From: Octopus bimaculoides
Lineage: Eukaryota
DNA: 64,000 nucleotides
Assembly (NCBI RefSeq): GCF_001194135.2
Contig: NC_069000.1
Span: forward strand, 9,361,843-9,425,842
Direction: 5' to 3'
Numbering within the stretch: the stretch's first letter is position 1; each line of letters begins with the position of its first letter. Of this stretch, positions 1-13,519 are shown in pieces. The position numbers and the translations under genes are program-made. Under the pieces are notes generated by a model that saw only the letters and a program-made list of their open reading frames with translations, had not been told where the DNA came from and ran no database searches.

Positions 1-599
1 TACAAAAATATTTTTTCACTTTTCAATATAGTTTTGAAATTGATTGGAAATATATATTTTCTCAATATCTATGTTTGTGTTTGTAGAATTCAGCAAAAAT
101 ACAACAAAACAATAATGATATACAACATATTAGTGAGAATCAATTGTACATTCAGAATCAATTGTATTTTACTCACTAAATATTTTTAAAAATTCATATT
201 TCCTTTCTGTGTTCAGCTATATTATTAAAATTTATCTCAATATGATTTTCAACATTTTTCCCCATAGTTTGTTTTTATCATTCTTGCACTAATACTGTCA
301 TGTAGATACACTTAAATGCACTTGAAAAGGGAAAAAAATGTTTATGTTTAATACTTAACTGCTAAATCTTTTTTTATGTGCATCTATTTTTGCTTCAAAG
401 TTGACTGGATAACCATAGGAAGGGCATCCAGCTATTTTTCAACTGTATGCGAAGAATATCTCAGCAATACAAGTATAGGGGAAAACGATGTAAAGCAGTA
501 AGCAAAGTTATATGAGAAACTGATAGTAATTGTTTGATAACCATAAATAAAAATTATAAATTGCTCAACAGAAGGTATTTTATAAAGAAAGAGATTAGT

Positions 600-826
600 T
601 TAACTCTTTCGTTACTGTATTTATTTTGAGATGCTTTGTGTCTTTCAATTACTTTAAATATAACAAAGAATTTAGTAAAATAACTTTGTTATCATTTAGC
701 TAGTGTTAGGAACTTAAATTGTGACTAAGGTTTGGTCAAATATTTTAATTCAGAAGTTTAGAAAACAAGACATTTGTACTACAGAGCCAGAGTCGATTTC
801 AGCCGGGTTGGTAACGAAAGGGTTAA
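600..826. mobile_element. piggyBac-type MITE
   Basis: TTAA at 600-603 and 823-826 flanking 12-bp TIRs (CTCTTTCGTTAC / GTAACGAAAGGG, 11/12 match). Confidence 0.8.
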
Positions 827-1349
827 GTGCTTATCAAACATACAACCACTAGAATGACAAACCCACTACTCATCAAAACCTTTCATCCTCTGCTCAATAT
901 CATACTGTCTTTACTCTAGTTTTTCTAGCACAAGCATAATAAACAGCTTCTGTTCTTTAGAACGTTCTCTGTACATACCAGCTTTATTTGAATTGACTTT
1001 TTACACCCACTCTCTTGTCATCACTTCTACTCAGTTTCTCTTCCTCACCAGATATTATGTGCAGTTCTTCATTCCAAAGAGTACCACTCAACAACTCACT
1101 TCCTGCAATATAATAACCTCCTACTTTGCAACTATTGTATTAACAACACTTAAGTGATTCTTCCCTAATATCTGATGCAAAAGGCCCTCCCATACTCAAC
1201 ATGCAATGCTTCTCCTTCATAGTAATGCCAATAAAATTTTACACGCACACACACACACACACACACATTGTAACTTACAAAAGAATATGAATGTTATTCT
1301 GAAAAAATACACTGTGAATGATTTTATTATCATTATTATTATTATTCAG

Positions 1350-1480
1350 AAATCGATTTTACTTTTCATCCTCTCGGGGTCAACGAAATAGATACTAGCT
1401 GAGAACTGAGGTTGATGTAAATGATTACCCCCCCCCCTCCAATTTTTCAGGCCTTCTGCCTATAGTAGAAAGGATTATTA
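1350..1480 (+). mobile_element. tRNA/CORE-type SINE family B, 3' part
   Basis: tttcatcctctcggggtcaacgaaatag...ggttgatgtaaatgatt, homologous to the copy at 45925-46140. Confidence 0.65.
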
Positions 1481-2677
1481 CTACTATTAAGAGTAACAGT
1501 TTATGGTGTACATGAAGCACAAACATAACTCTGAGATCAGCAACATCTCACCAAAAAGTGCCTGACATATTTTATGTAATAAAACACATACGCAATTAAT
1601 GTTTTCAAAAACTTGGAAGGGAGAGGGTTGAAAAGAACAATTTAAAAAAATATATTCCAAAAAAGTTATATTCAATTAATAACAGCCTATTTTTATTCAT
1701 ATTCAATATTGTATTTTGTTTAAATATTGATTAATGTAACTAAGTATACATTCAGAGATAACACAATCAATATGAACACATTTTGTGTATTGTATGATGA
1801 CAAATCTATCCACCTATATTGATTTCATAAATATATGACCAAATATTAATTGATGAGAGATAAGGGAGTTTTGTGACATTCACTTTTTCCCTATTGAAGC
1901 ACTAGAAACTGTTACAACCAGAATGGAAACTGGCTTTCAGGTTTAATTGAGAGTTTACCATTCTCACACTCAGGCATGATTTCTTTTCCAAAAGTATATG
2001 GTCAATTCTTCAAAAGGTTATAGTTCAGTGAATCAACCCCATTTCATAGATCTTAGCAAAATGGAAAGTAAATTTGACTCTAACAGAGTTTATTTAGACT
2101 CAAAAAGAAAAGACAAAATACTGTAAAGCAGGCAGTACTTTCAATTTCAAATTGTAATAAGTGTATGATGATATAAACATGAAAATTAGTAAATAAATTC
2201 TTTTGCTTTAAAGCTTATATGTTCAAAGATGCCTGTCAATAAGCATAAGATAGTCATAGCTAGAAACCCTGATCCAACTTCTTTTTTGATTAGCCATCTT
2301 GGTGTCAAATGTTAGCCCAGAGCTAATTTAGAGCTAAATAACAATGTCTGTAGCATTCTATGAACTTCATTCCATAAGCTAGATGCCTTAGTTACCTCAT
2401 CAAAATCAACCAACACTTCACTTTCAATAAAAGTATTACTAATTCTTGATTCTCATACTGGTATGAAACAGGATTTTTGAATTTTTCTAGAAAATATTAT
2501 CCTGCTTTTTCTAGGAACATTAGAAAAATAAATAAAGTGAAGCATTTACAATCAGGAATCAAAGTCAAATTGTAGGCTCAGTTCACTGAGAAATCACAGT
2601 AACTTGCAAATGGTAACAGCAATAATACCAACAATCATAGTAATACTAATTTCTTTTGACTAGCATCAAAGAGCATA

Positions 2678-3555
2678 GACCTACTTGCCTTCATGTCCAA
2701 CAGTGGCCACTCTTATGCAGATGATATGGTCCTTCATTCTTCTTTAAGCTTCTTCACTCAAGTGTCATCCACATTCCACTTCACTCCAAACCTGCACTGG
2801 ACTCCATAAACAGAGACCACAAATGCATCCACCAATGGAGCCATATTAATCCTGTCTTTTTCAATAGCAAAAAAAACACAAGCACTGCTCATACCAAGAA
2901 AACATCTTTGCAGCTCACTCCTCTTAAACACGGACAGCACCCAAGAGCCCATGCAATCACTCCAAATAGCAAATCCTCATCTTTAACTTCATAGCAAATA
3001 CTCATCTTTAACAATGCTAGAACTGCATCTCAAAACTGGTCCGTCTCTTCAGAACCAGAAAATACATCAAGCCATAATAATTACTAACCCTCTACAAAGT
3101 CCAGATGAGACCCATACTGGAGTACTGCTCCATATCTGTGATAGTATTGCTGCAAATACAGACCACTTCCAGAGAAAGGCCACTCAATTGACTGGCGTAA
3201 GGTCACTCACAGACACACTTGAACCAAAGACATGATATCTCCTCTCTCTACCTTTTCTATCAATACTTACAATAGCCTCTGCACCTTGGATCTCATTGAT
3301 CTATTCAGGTACTCATTTTTTACTCATCCTTTCATCATCCATGTTATGTCCAACTCTTGTAGGCTCCTCATTAACCACTACACCTATTCCTTCTGCCCAA
3401 GAAAACCATCCCTTTGAAATTCCTTTCTTGCAATCATTGATTTGTAATAGCTTAAACAGAATGTTAACAACATTATCTCATCAATCACAAAGGACTTGCA
3501 GAGGCCATGGATACTGCTTTCTTCCCTTAGAACTAGCAACTAAAAGCAAAAAAAA
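2678..3555 (+). mobile_element. 5'-truncated, degraded CR1/L2-group LINE (RT C-terminus and 3' end)
   Basis: DLLAFMSNSGHSYADD (YADD at 2714-2725), FNSKKTQALLI, and LYKVQMRPILEYCS (3090-3131). Multiple frameshifts and stops; A-rich end near 3545. Confidence 0.85.
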
Positions 3556-5509
3556 CCTAACCCTGGTGAAATTTGAACTATGGTCATATAAGAACAACAC
3601 TAAATGTTGAAAGTTATTCAGTTAAAAGCTCTGCCATTTCTATTCACTTAACACCCTAAATTCTATATTACAATGCCATTTCAAGAACATTATCCCTCTC
3701 ACTTAGTGCAAATAAACTCAAAAACATATATACAAAAATAGGAGGAACATAAAATCTAAATAGAACTCAATTGCAGTATATCTTGAACACCAGAACAGAG
3801 GAATGAACCTTATCATTTAACTTATTGCCTATGTACCATAAGGCTCCTCAATAAATGCTAGTTGGGTTGCACAACAACATATCACTCTCAGTAATAATAA
3901 TATTAATATCAAAGAAAACATATAAAAATGTTCGTCAGTAAAGAGAATTCACAAGAACCATTAACTGTTAATACACAAACCCAATTATTTAATTGCAGCT
4001 GTTATGCTACAATATATAACACACAAGAAGTACATACATAGAGAGAGAGAGAGTTATTACAAAGACTATCATTTTACTATAGACACTCTAATTTGCAGTA
4101 GTTGCAATGCAATCACACACAAACGCATACATCAGCCATTAAATTATTTATTTTAAAGTAAATTCAAGATTTTCTAGATAAGAGGATAAGAAAATTTCAG
4201 GTATTATCAACTAATTGCTGAGTTTAAAATTTACAAAAATATATGTTCATGCATTTCTTAGAAACTTTAGTGAAATCAATATATGTTTCTCTACACACTA
4301 GGTATGTAATATTAAACAATGATAAAACCACAATAAAGTGATGTTTTTTGTACGAAGCATAGAATATGTAAAAAAAAAATGGCTCAGTCACAAAAATAAA
4401 CAGTAAGGCAATTACACTGAATTTCTTTCTAGAAAACTAAGTATGAAATACGATAATAAAAATATAGCTAGATTAGACCTTGACAACATATGAAAAGAAT
4501 CTCAGTTGGACATAAATAAAAGAAAGATTCTAAATAAATCAGAAAAGAGAGTCAATTCAACTCTTGTTCAGAAGCCTAGTTTTTAGAGCATGTGCTAAAC
4601 AATCATGATGAATGCAGTTGTTCAAACATCTTTCTAGATCAACTAAAATTTTTGAACCATCAACAGAACATTTTACAATTTTAAGTTTGAATTTGTTGAA
4701 ACTTGACTTAACCCAAACACAGAATCTCAGATTGGTAAACTATTCCATTGCCAAAGCATTTGAATAACCCCCCACCCCCCACCTCCACATAAAAGATTAA
4801 CTTTAGTGTTGTTCAACAACAGCAGTAAAATGTAATTCATACGTGACTGTGATATATTGAAGATTTTCTGAACAATAGTATAAGAAATTTGAAAGTAACT
4901 ATGAATTAATTATATAACCTAAGTTAACAAACCAAGCTTCGTAGGAAACAATGTTTTTAAATCTCAAACTAAATATGAAATATGATGATAAAAAGTACAG
5001 CTATATTAGACCTTGACAACATCCTCTTAAATAATCTACAATGTATTCATTTCCTCCATAATATCAATGATCGCTGATGTAGAGACTATAATTTATTTAA
5101 CAGGAATATGAAATCATTTTTATTTCAAAGTTTTATCAGATTAGAATTTTTAAATGTACAAGACTTATTTTGGTTTTAAAAGAAAAGTTTATTTATCTAT
5201 ATGTAATTAAAAATAAATATTTTGCCCTAGTTTTGATTTGAAAGAATGAAGGCTACTGCAAGCTGAAATGAAGAAGAAAGGAAGAGAATGTGATATGACT
5301 GGAAATTAAAACACGAATATATTTTGATTAACTACAAAATTGTTTAATTTACTATTTTATATCACAATGACTATTATGTAATGGTATCACATTAATATAC
5401 ATGATATTATACCAAGCAGGATACAATTATTTGTTTAAAGGTACAGCTAGCTCCCTTTGTCTCCTCATAATAGAGTGTAACTAGATTTCAGATTCTTTTC
5501 TTCTTACAG

Positions 5510-5518
5510 ATGTGTACC
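5510..5518 (+). other. Candidate 9-nt microexon
   Basis: ttcttttcttcttacag|ATGTGTACC|gtaagc. Confidence 0.2.
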
Positions 5519-7007
5519 GTAAGCATTTACAACTATAAAAACTGGTGCTCATTTTTATAACATGGCATATAAGATTAGTATAATCTATGATATTTATATG
5601 CAACATATTCTGTTAAATATGTAAAGGATTTGAAGTTAACTAAAGAATATATTTTTGTGTTTTCATATGGCATCCTACGAGAAAATTTTTTGAAAGTTAG
5701 TAGCTAAAGCATGGCTAGTGTAAGCATTTCAGAGGGATAGAGAAAAATAAAGTAAAATATTTAGTATAACATATAGAAGGATAACATACAGTGGAGGCAA
5801 AAGAAGGATAACAGGTTTCACCAGAGTTGGTAACCAACCATTAAGATGAGAGAAGCAGAAACCATTGCATTGCTAGAAAAAGAAACTGATCAAAGACGAA
5901 GCTCAAAATGAGCCAGTATTGCTGAGTGATATTTTAACAATCAATTAGGTAGACTTTTTATACAAGTTATCAAGTATTTGAGTCAATGGTGAGTTCACCA
6001 TCCTAAATATGTCAGCCCTTTGTTGAGTAAAAAAGGAATATTTAGATATTTTACTCATGCTAAAGAATTGTAATCCATTAGGTCATTTCCTAACTTATGC
6101 TAATAGCTACTGTATAAACCCTTTTTATATGAGGGCTTCTGTGCACAATTTCATCTGTTTAGAATATAAATAGTAAAGTATTTATTTAAGATAAATTGAG
6201 GTAATTTAGCAAAACTACACACTTCTTTACTTTGAAGCCAATTATAGAAATAATAATTCTGCCTTTTTAACAAAAGTATATGATATATCTGACCAGTTCT
6301 ACCATTCAACACACACTGAAACCAATACCACAACTAAAAAGGGGATGAAATATCTCAAATAATATCAAATTAAAATGTGAAGATGCTTTAGATAGATCAT
6401 GTGTCTAGTAGTTATTTAGAGCAAAACATTTATTCAACTAAATTCATACAGATGCCTATCAAAACACAAACTAAGGTAACATATGGTTTGGAGCTATAAA
6501 TTTCAGTCAAAAAATAATATATATCTACATGCTAAGGTGCAAAATCTAGTACTAACAGACTGGCTTTGTAGGATAGCTTCATATTAGTGCTGATTGGTAT
6601 CAGAAAAGAATAAATTCAGAAGGAATGTGTTAATGTTACCATTCACTTTGTTTCATTCATCTCTGGATATGACACTTTAGGAGAACATTTTGCTGAAGTT
6701 CCCATAAAAAACTTTATGTATGCACTATTTATTTACTAAATTTAGAAATGTGAGAGCATCAGCTATATTGTTGATTACCCAACTTTTTTAACATTTTCTT
6801 CATGATACATAATTTCCAGATCTCTCTCCCTACAGCATTACTTTGAAAGAGGGGGTCTCAAAACACTATTAAAAAAATGATCTAACAAGAACTTGTTAAA
6901 CCCAAAGCTTAACTTAACTCACTGTTTATCCTCAAATGGGTTTTTTCAGACATAGTGCCCACTTAAGCCATCTCAAAATCCTTTGTAACTACACATAAAT
7001 ATAAACC

Positions 7008-7200
7008 AAGAGAGCCTCCACATGGTCAATCAACTTGCTAAAAATAGTAGCAGCCGAATCTGCCTCAAAATTACACCATATAAAGGGAAACTACATCAGA
7101 AAATGTAATCCTATATATTCCTAAAAAGACGGCGTGGTCATGGCTGGAATGCCTTTGATAACAGGTCTGCTTAAGGGTCAACTGAGTCTTAACAACATCC
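7008..7200 (+). mobile_element. Interspersed repeat family D (tagaaatagcagccaaatc...acctggggctaaacaacaac), probable SINE
   Basis: Homologous segments recur at 9990-10290, 10351-10558 and 62183-62343. Confidence 0.6.
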
Positions 7201-8726
7201 AAATAGACAGACGCTTTCCTTCAAATTTAATCTCAATGCAAATTTGCACATCACACAGTATTTCTACCATCCTTTTATGCACCTCTATATTACTAATTCG
7301 TATTTTATTCATTCAAGATTTAAAATGAATCTAAAGAACTCTGTCATAGAGCTATCAAGTCTCTCTGATGCTCTATTAATAAGCCATCGCCTAAATTAAG
7401 TGTAACTTGGAATCAAAGTTCGCAGAGTGCATTCTTTCTTAATCTTGTAAAAAGAAAATCAGAGATCAATCAGTTTTCTATAATTTCCCCACACCAGTTC
7501 TGGCAGGAATTTTAGTCATCAATAGATGTTCGGAAAGTAATATAATGACATATTAGAAAGAAAAAAAAGGTGGTATAAATGAAAATGAATGAAGTTAAGT
7601 AATTAACAAATAACATGTTAGTAGCGAAATCAGTTAAAAAATGGGAAAATAAAGACATGTTAAAAGAAATAAACTGAAAGAAACTAAACTAGATTACAAT
7701 ATTTAAACATCTGATCTTATGATTTTGTTTGGTGGAGTTAGACCTATTTATTGCAAGATTCCCAACAATTAAAACACTAAAGTCATTGATATGATTGAAA
7801 GTAATGCAAACACCCATTAGGACCAGGAACATATTTCCATACTTAGTTATGGTTACATGATATGAAGGGATGAGAGATCAATTTTTCTTTCAATAGGATA
7901 CCGATTTATTAAAAATAACAGTCTCAGATGATCAGATACCTATTCCTGAAATGAAATGATATCAGTATTCTACACAGAAACCCAAGAAAAGGAATGTACC
8001 TGATTTGAAATTGTGACCTATTGGTATGTGGCCTAATACATTATCCATTTAGCCATCTGCCTCTTCTTGGCAATGACCTTATTTAATCATGTTTTTTTTA
8101 AACTATTTACCACTCAACTTCTCAGGCTATCATTCAAATGGGTTGGTAGTTTTACAACTGGATATATTTTGTTGATTCTAAGCACTCCACCACAAAGGAC
8201 TGGAACACATATTTTCAGCAAGACAAACTGAGGCAAGAAAAGAAACTTGTTATAATCCAATGGTTGCAGGTAGGTTCCAACAATATTTCAGCATATGATG
8301 CTAGTTAATATTCCTCATGAATAATTTCTTAGTAGTAAATAAAGGTTTAATACAGTTTCAGCTTTGCAACAACAAATATATTTTTTAATGGAGATCATTC
8401 CTTTAACAGTGAATGTCTACATGCGATAACTTTAGCAACTTGTAACAAAGTAGGTTGAGACAAGTGATGACCACTTGTCTGATTGGAATGATTCTGGCTC
8501 CACAGGAGATCAACTCAATATTGTAAGCTTATAAATCGTTTGATAATTTTGAAAGGATGCTTGCAGTCATCAGTTGGTCATAACATAGGCTACCACTTTA
8601 CAGCTAGGAGGACTGGGTTATAAGAGTCAGGTGTCTTTGTTACAAGCAAACTTACATGAATGACAATATATGATGCTGACTGTGCCCCTACTTCTCTATG
8701 TATGTGTGTGTGCATGTGTGTATATA

Positions 8727-8925
8727 TCACCATCATCATTTTACATCCACTTGCCATACTGGCATGGGCTGGACTGTTTGAAAGAATCTGACAGGTTGAA
8801 AGGTCAAGTCTTGCTTCAGCATTTCAGTCTGGACTTGTTTTCTAGAGCTGGATGTCATTCCTAACACCAGCCAGTACACTTTACAAAGTGCAGATTGTGC
8901 ATCTTTTCATGGCACCAGCACTGTA
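8727..8925 (-). mobile_element. RTE LINE 3' end fragment with (GAT)n tail
   Basis: Reverse-complement homology to the 3'UTR at 40230-40420. Confidence 0.65.
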
Positions 8926-9260
8926 GTGTCTTGCTCTAGACAAAATTGCATTTTCTCTACATGACTCATCAACTCTTACAAGAAGGAGGAGACTGACCAA
9001 CATATAACATCATCCCCCTTTTAACATCTACTTTTTCATGAGATGAGACTTAGTAGAGAATTTTCTATGGTCAAATGCCCTTCTTAACACCAAACCTCAC
9101 CTGTTTTCAAGCAAGGTAATAATTTCCCCTGTCTATTAAACAATAGACACCTTGAACATGCTTTCACAAAAGACTGCATGCAAACAACACTGCTTGTATG
9201 AATGGTGATATTGCCCCAGCATGGCCACAGTTCAATGACTGAAACAACAGGTAATAGATA

Positions 9261-9312
<52 letters not shown>

Positions 9313-9989
9313 GACAGACAGACATATAGAAAGACACTTTTTACTATTACCATTAACTCATCAAATATAATAATAATTTCAAACTTTTAAAATGGCTGAT
9401 TTCTTTTGATGAAGCATAAAGCTCACTCTTAAGGGACTATCTAAATTAATATATCTCAATACATTATTGATACCAGTTTAATCAACTTCTAAATGTTAAC
9501 ATCAACTCAGTTAAGACTTATATTTAATAAGTGGTTCTGCCAGACTAATTACAGTAAATCACTTAACCTCATGTGTTCTACTGTCATCACTATCATTTTT
9601 ACCCTAGAAATAGATATTATATAAGTTAACTCAGTCAACACTGAACCCTACAGACAGATACAATCTGGCGCTTATATCACTTGAGATTGAATGACATATC
9701 AATTATCTTTCTTGAAGAATTTAACCTTTAAAAGTTAACATCTATGCAAGTGACATGGATACTAAGTACAATAAATGGGTCATGACTACTGCAACCAATT
9801 ACACTTTACAATCGTTTTAAAAGAAACTAGAAACAAGCCAGTGAAGGATTCTCTCTATCTACCTGGTAGAGATAGAAGCAGAGTCTGCCTCTCTTGATCA
9901 TCTAAAAAATTAATTCATTTAAAAATAATACATTATACATGAAAAAAAAAAGTGGGGGGAGATTAAATAAGATGAGTTGGTCAGACCTG

Positions 9990-10558
9990 GAATTCTTTCC
10001 ATCATATTCAACTGAGTAGAGATAGCAGCCAAATCCCCCTCACCTGACCATCAAAAAAAAATGAATTCATTTAAACATGAAACACTAAAATGAAATAATT
10101 TGAGATGGTCAAAGCAGGAATGCTTTCGATTATAAATTTCCTTGAATGGGCTGACAACAACAACAGAAAGTAACACATTGCATAATGTAGTCTTAGATAT
10201 ACTATGGCAAAAATTAAAGGATAATTGTTGCCACAACACCATTGATCAAAGGTCGGCAGGATCAGATTAACCTGGGGTTAAACAACAGATAACCAGAATG
10301 GTTCACATCTAAGTTATACACTTACAGTTACATGTATATGCAAACAGTAAGGGAACCTCCATGCACACTCACAACCTGCTAATAATAGCAGCCAAATGTA
10401 TGCCTCAATTCATATACCCTAATGTCTTAAATAAATAAAATTAAAAAATAATAAAAAAATAAACAGGGCACATACAAAAAGGAGATGATGATGATGGCTA
10501 GAATGTCTGCTTATTAGTCTGCTGATCAGGGTTGACCTGGAGTTAATAAACAACAACA
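9990..10558 (+). mobile_element. Cluster of family D repeat copies
   Basis: gatagcagccaaatc at ~10020 and ~10385; acctggggttaaacaac-type tails at ~10270 and ~10535. Confidence 0.6.
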
Positions 10559-11079
10559 GTTAATACAAAATACAGAGAGAATAAGGAAGAGATGTGATGA
10601 AAAGAAAGAGAAAGGAACAAGGATCGGTTTCAAATACTTTTCAGATTTTATTATATTATATTATATATATATATATATATACTTTTTTTTAATTGAATTC
10701 TAATTTTGTTTTCTGAATTCATATTGAAAATTTATGACTTGAATAAATTTCATTTATTATTATTATTTTTTTTTGTTTTTTAAATTTAAACAGGATGTCG
10801 TTGATCAATTAATCTTTCAATTTCAGTACAAGACAAATCATTTTTAAAAGTAATGCTCTAGAAACGAGTTTATACATTTTGATGATTTTTTTTTTTTTTT
10901 TTTTCCAAGTTTTCAATTAAGACTGAAATGGTTTCATAAAAACCACCTTATTTAATAGCAAAATGGAGTTGGAAAAAAATATATAAAGCAAGTAAGCAAA
11001 AGTGAGGTTTGTAAGGGAAAGGAGTATAAATAGCAGCACAAGCTAAATTCAAGCAACAAAAGATGACAAAAAATATTGA

Positions 11080-11263
11080 TGATAATGGTAGTAGTAGATG
11101 ATGATGATAATGATGATGGTGAGGACTACGACTATGATGACGATGATGATAGTGGTAGAGGAACAGATGACAACCATAATATGGAGGATGATGGTAGTGG
11201 TAGCAGTAGTGATAAAGATTCACCATGACTGGTCATGGTGAGTCTTTTGAAGTATTGACAAGA

Positions 11264-11297
<34 letters not shown>

Positions 11298-11663
11298 GGT
11301 GGTGGTGGTGATGATAGCAGTGGTAGAGGTGGTGGTGGTGGTGGTGATGTGTTGTTGGAGGNNNNNNNNNNNNNNNNNNNNNNNNNNNNNNNNNNNNNNN
11401 NNNNNNNNNNNNNNNNNNNNNNNNNNNNNNNNNNNNNNNNNNNNNNNNNNNNNNNNNNNNNNNNNNNNCTGAAGAACTAATAATCTCAGTTCCCATAAAT
11501 CTCGAGATGAGGAAGAGGAAGAGAAGGAACATAAGTAGTGATGATGATAAAGCTGTCAATGTTGCTTGGGCTTTGACTTGAGGAACTGGTTCAAGAAGAG
11601 GAGGCAGGAGATATGGAGATTGGAGGGAGTTATGATTTCAGTAATCTTGCTAATCACAGCAGC

Positions 11664-11705
<42 letters not shown>

Positions 11706-11760
11706 TGTTGTAGTAGTAGTGATGGTGGTGGTGGTGGTGGTGGTGGTGGTGGCGATAGTG
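11080..11760. repeat. Compound trinucleotide microsatellite field (GAT)n/(GGT)n/(AGT)n spanning an N-gap
   Basis: Directly visible. Confidence 0.95.
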
Positions 11761-12432
11761 TCGTTTGAAAAGAAATGAAAATGATGTCAAGGGAAACAAT
11801 GACAATGATACGAAGCAAAGGTGACAGCAGCGGAAAGCTAGCATGCTGCTACTGATGCTTACAATAATTTTTATAATTAATGTAGTGCAATGCCATACAA
11901 TTTTCGATTCCCCTCACCACTCCAAGCACCTTTATTTTATTTTATCTTTTAATGACAACATCGGTAACATGACAGGAAGTGAAGGGAAAAGCTTGTAAAG
12001 AAGTATTGGTAATAGGATGAATCATATCCAGACTAATGTCAACATAAACAAACAGCAGCATGAAGGTGTAAGATTTTTACAATTAAGAGCCTGAACTTAA
12101 CATTTTGAAGAGGAATTCAAAACATTGCAAGCAACTGCTAAAATAATAAAAGGTCTATGCAATGGTAACATACTGTTTATTTCATACACAACCTATTTTA
12201 GAGATTTCTGCTAAAAGTGGTACCATAAATTTACTGATGGCTTTGATTTAATTCTCAAATCTTTTCAAATCCATGTTCAAATGGCAAAAATCCATTGATA
12301 AATTTCTAAAAATATAATTTTTTTTTTGCTTTTTTTTTTTTTGCTTTTTACTCTTTCAACTGTTTTGTGACAAGTGTTCATGTAACTATGATGAATGTGT
12401 ATGCAAAGGTATGTGAGTATATATATAGAGAG

Positions 12433-12471
<39 letters not shown>

Positions 12472-13432
12472 GGGTGTTTGATAAAAAATACCTATAATAT
12501 CTTCTAACGAATGTATCAATCAGCATCTTTAGTATGAGCCTTGATTAGCTCGATTGAATTGATATCAAAAGATATATTTGCTTTGAATTAAAAGAAATTG
12601 GACACATGAAAAAAAATATGATGAAAAAAATGTATGTATCACACATTAACTGTAAATGGAAACACACATTTTTATGAGCATATTATCAAATTGAAAAAAT
12701 AATATCTGAAATCAGTTGACAACATTTAATTAAGACAATAAAAAAATATAAATAAAGAGCTGAACTTTAATTATGTCTCTTTAAAAGTTTTAATTTAAGC
12801 TTGAAAATTTTCAATGTACATATTTTTGTTCGCTTTAAAAAAAAAAAGGAAAAAACGGAAAAACTTGATAAAATCAGTTTTTAGTATGTAGACTGAAATT
12901 TTAGCAAAAAAAAAATAATAAAGAAAATCAATAAGCTCTGAGGTTATGCTATTCTTATTAAGGAATTCTAGCTGAGCAAAAGTCATGTTCCCTCTATAAT
13001 ATCACTAAAATATATATTTATCTTGTGTTTTAAACTTACAGAAAAAAAAAACTAATTTAACAAAAGAAGGAATCTTTAAAAAATATCAGCTAATATATAT
13101 GTAAAGTTTCTTCTGTTTTTTGTTGCGCAAACTAAATAATAAGTTCTTAATAATTCCATGATATTTATTATTGCAATAAACAGTGATTCAAATGTAGTAT
13201 TCTTTGAAATGGTATCAATATCTTATAGATAGAAGAATAAAAATGAAGATCTGTATGAGTTGGTAATATTTGCCAATCTTGTTAATGCATAGATAAGTGG
13301 GCACCATTTTCATGTTAAAAATATACAAATGGGTATATTTACCAGTATAATATACAGGTATCAATTTTGTAAACGGTACTTTCTGTTGATGTTATTTGAC
13401 AAAATGACCAGCCCTGTTTCTTGATTTTATAG

Positions 13433-13519
13433 TGACATACATTTGTCATTGACAACTGGAAACATTTTATTGGGCTTGAAAACGGTAAGGAAATGGATGA
13501 AATGCTCAAAATATTACAG
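13433..13519 (+). other. Candidate 87-nt internal exon (phase 2-2)
   Basis: ccctgtttcttgattttatag|...TTACAG|gtaagg; single open frame DIHLSLTTGNILLGLKTVRKWMKCSKYY. Confidence 0.2.

Noticed and set aside
1279-1298. Minus-strand 20-nt exon-like segment (also a 6-nt one at 56818-56823)
   Set aside because: The 20-nt one is frame-shifting with a stop in phase 1; the 6-nt one has a poor pyrimidine tract. Both are within chance expectation.
9850-9890. Small hairpins tctatctacc-t-ggtagagataga and gcagagtctgc
   Set aside because: Too short or bulged for a miRNA precursor; low-complexity origin.
10948-11844. His/Val/Tyr-rich ORFs (similarly 18911-19207, 22417-23857, 24472-24760, 27441-27890, 47234-47546, 48557-49151, 54113-54737)
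   Set aside because: Translations of microsatellites and N-gaps.
13436-13519. PH-domain-like peptide HTFVIDNWKHFIGLENGKEMDEMLKILQ
   Set aside because: Preceded by in-frame TAG TGA with no acceptor after them, so this frame cannot be entered.
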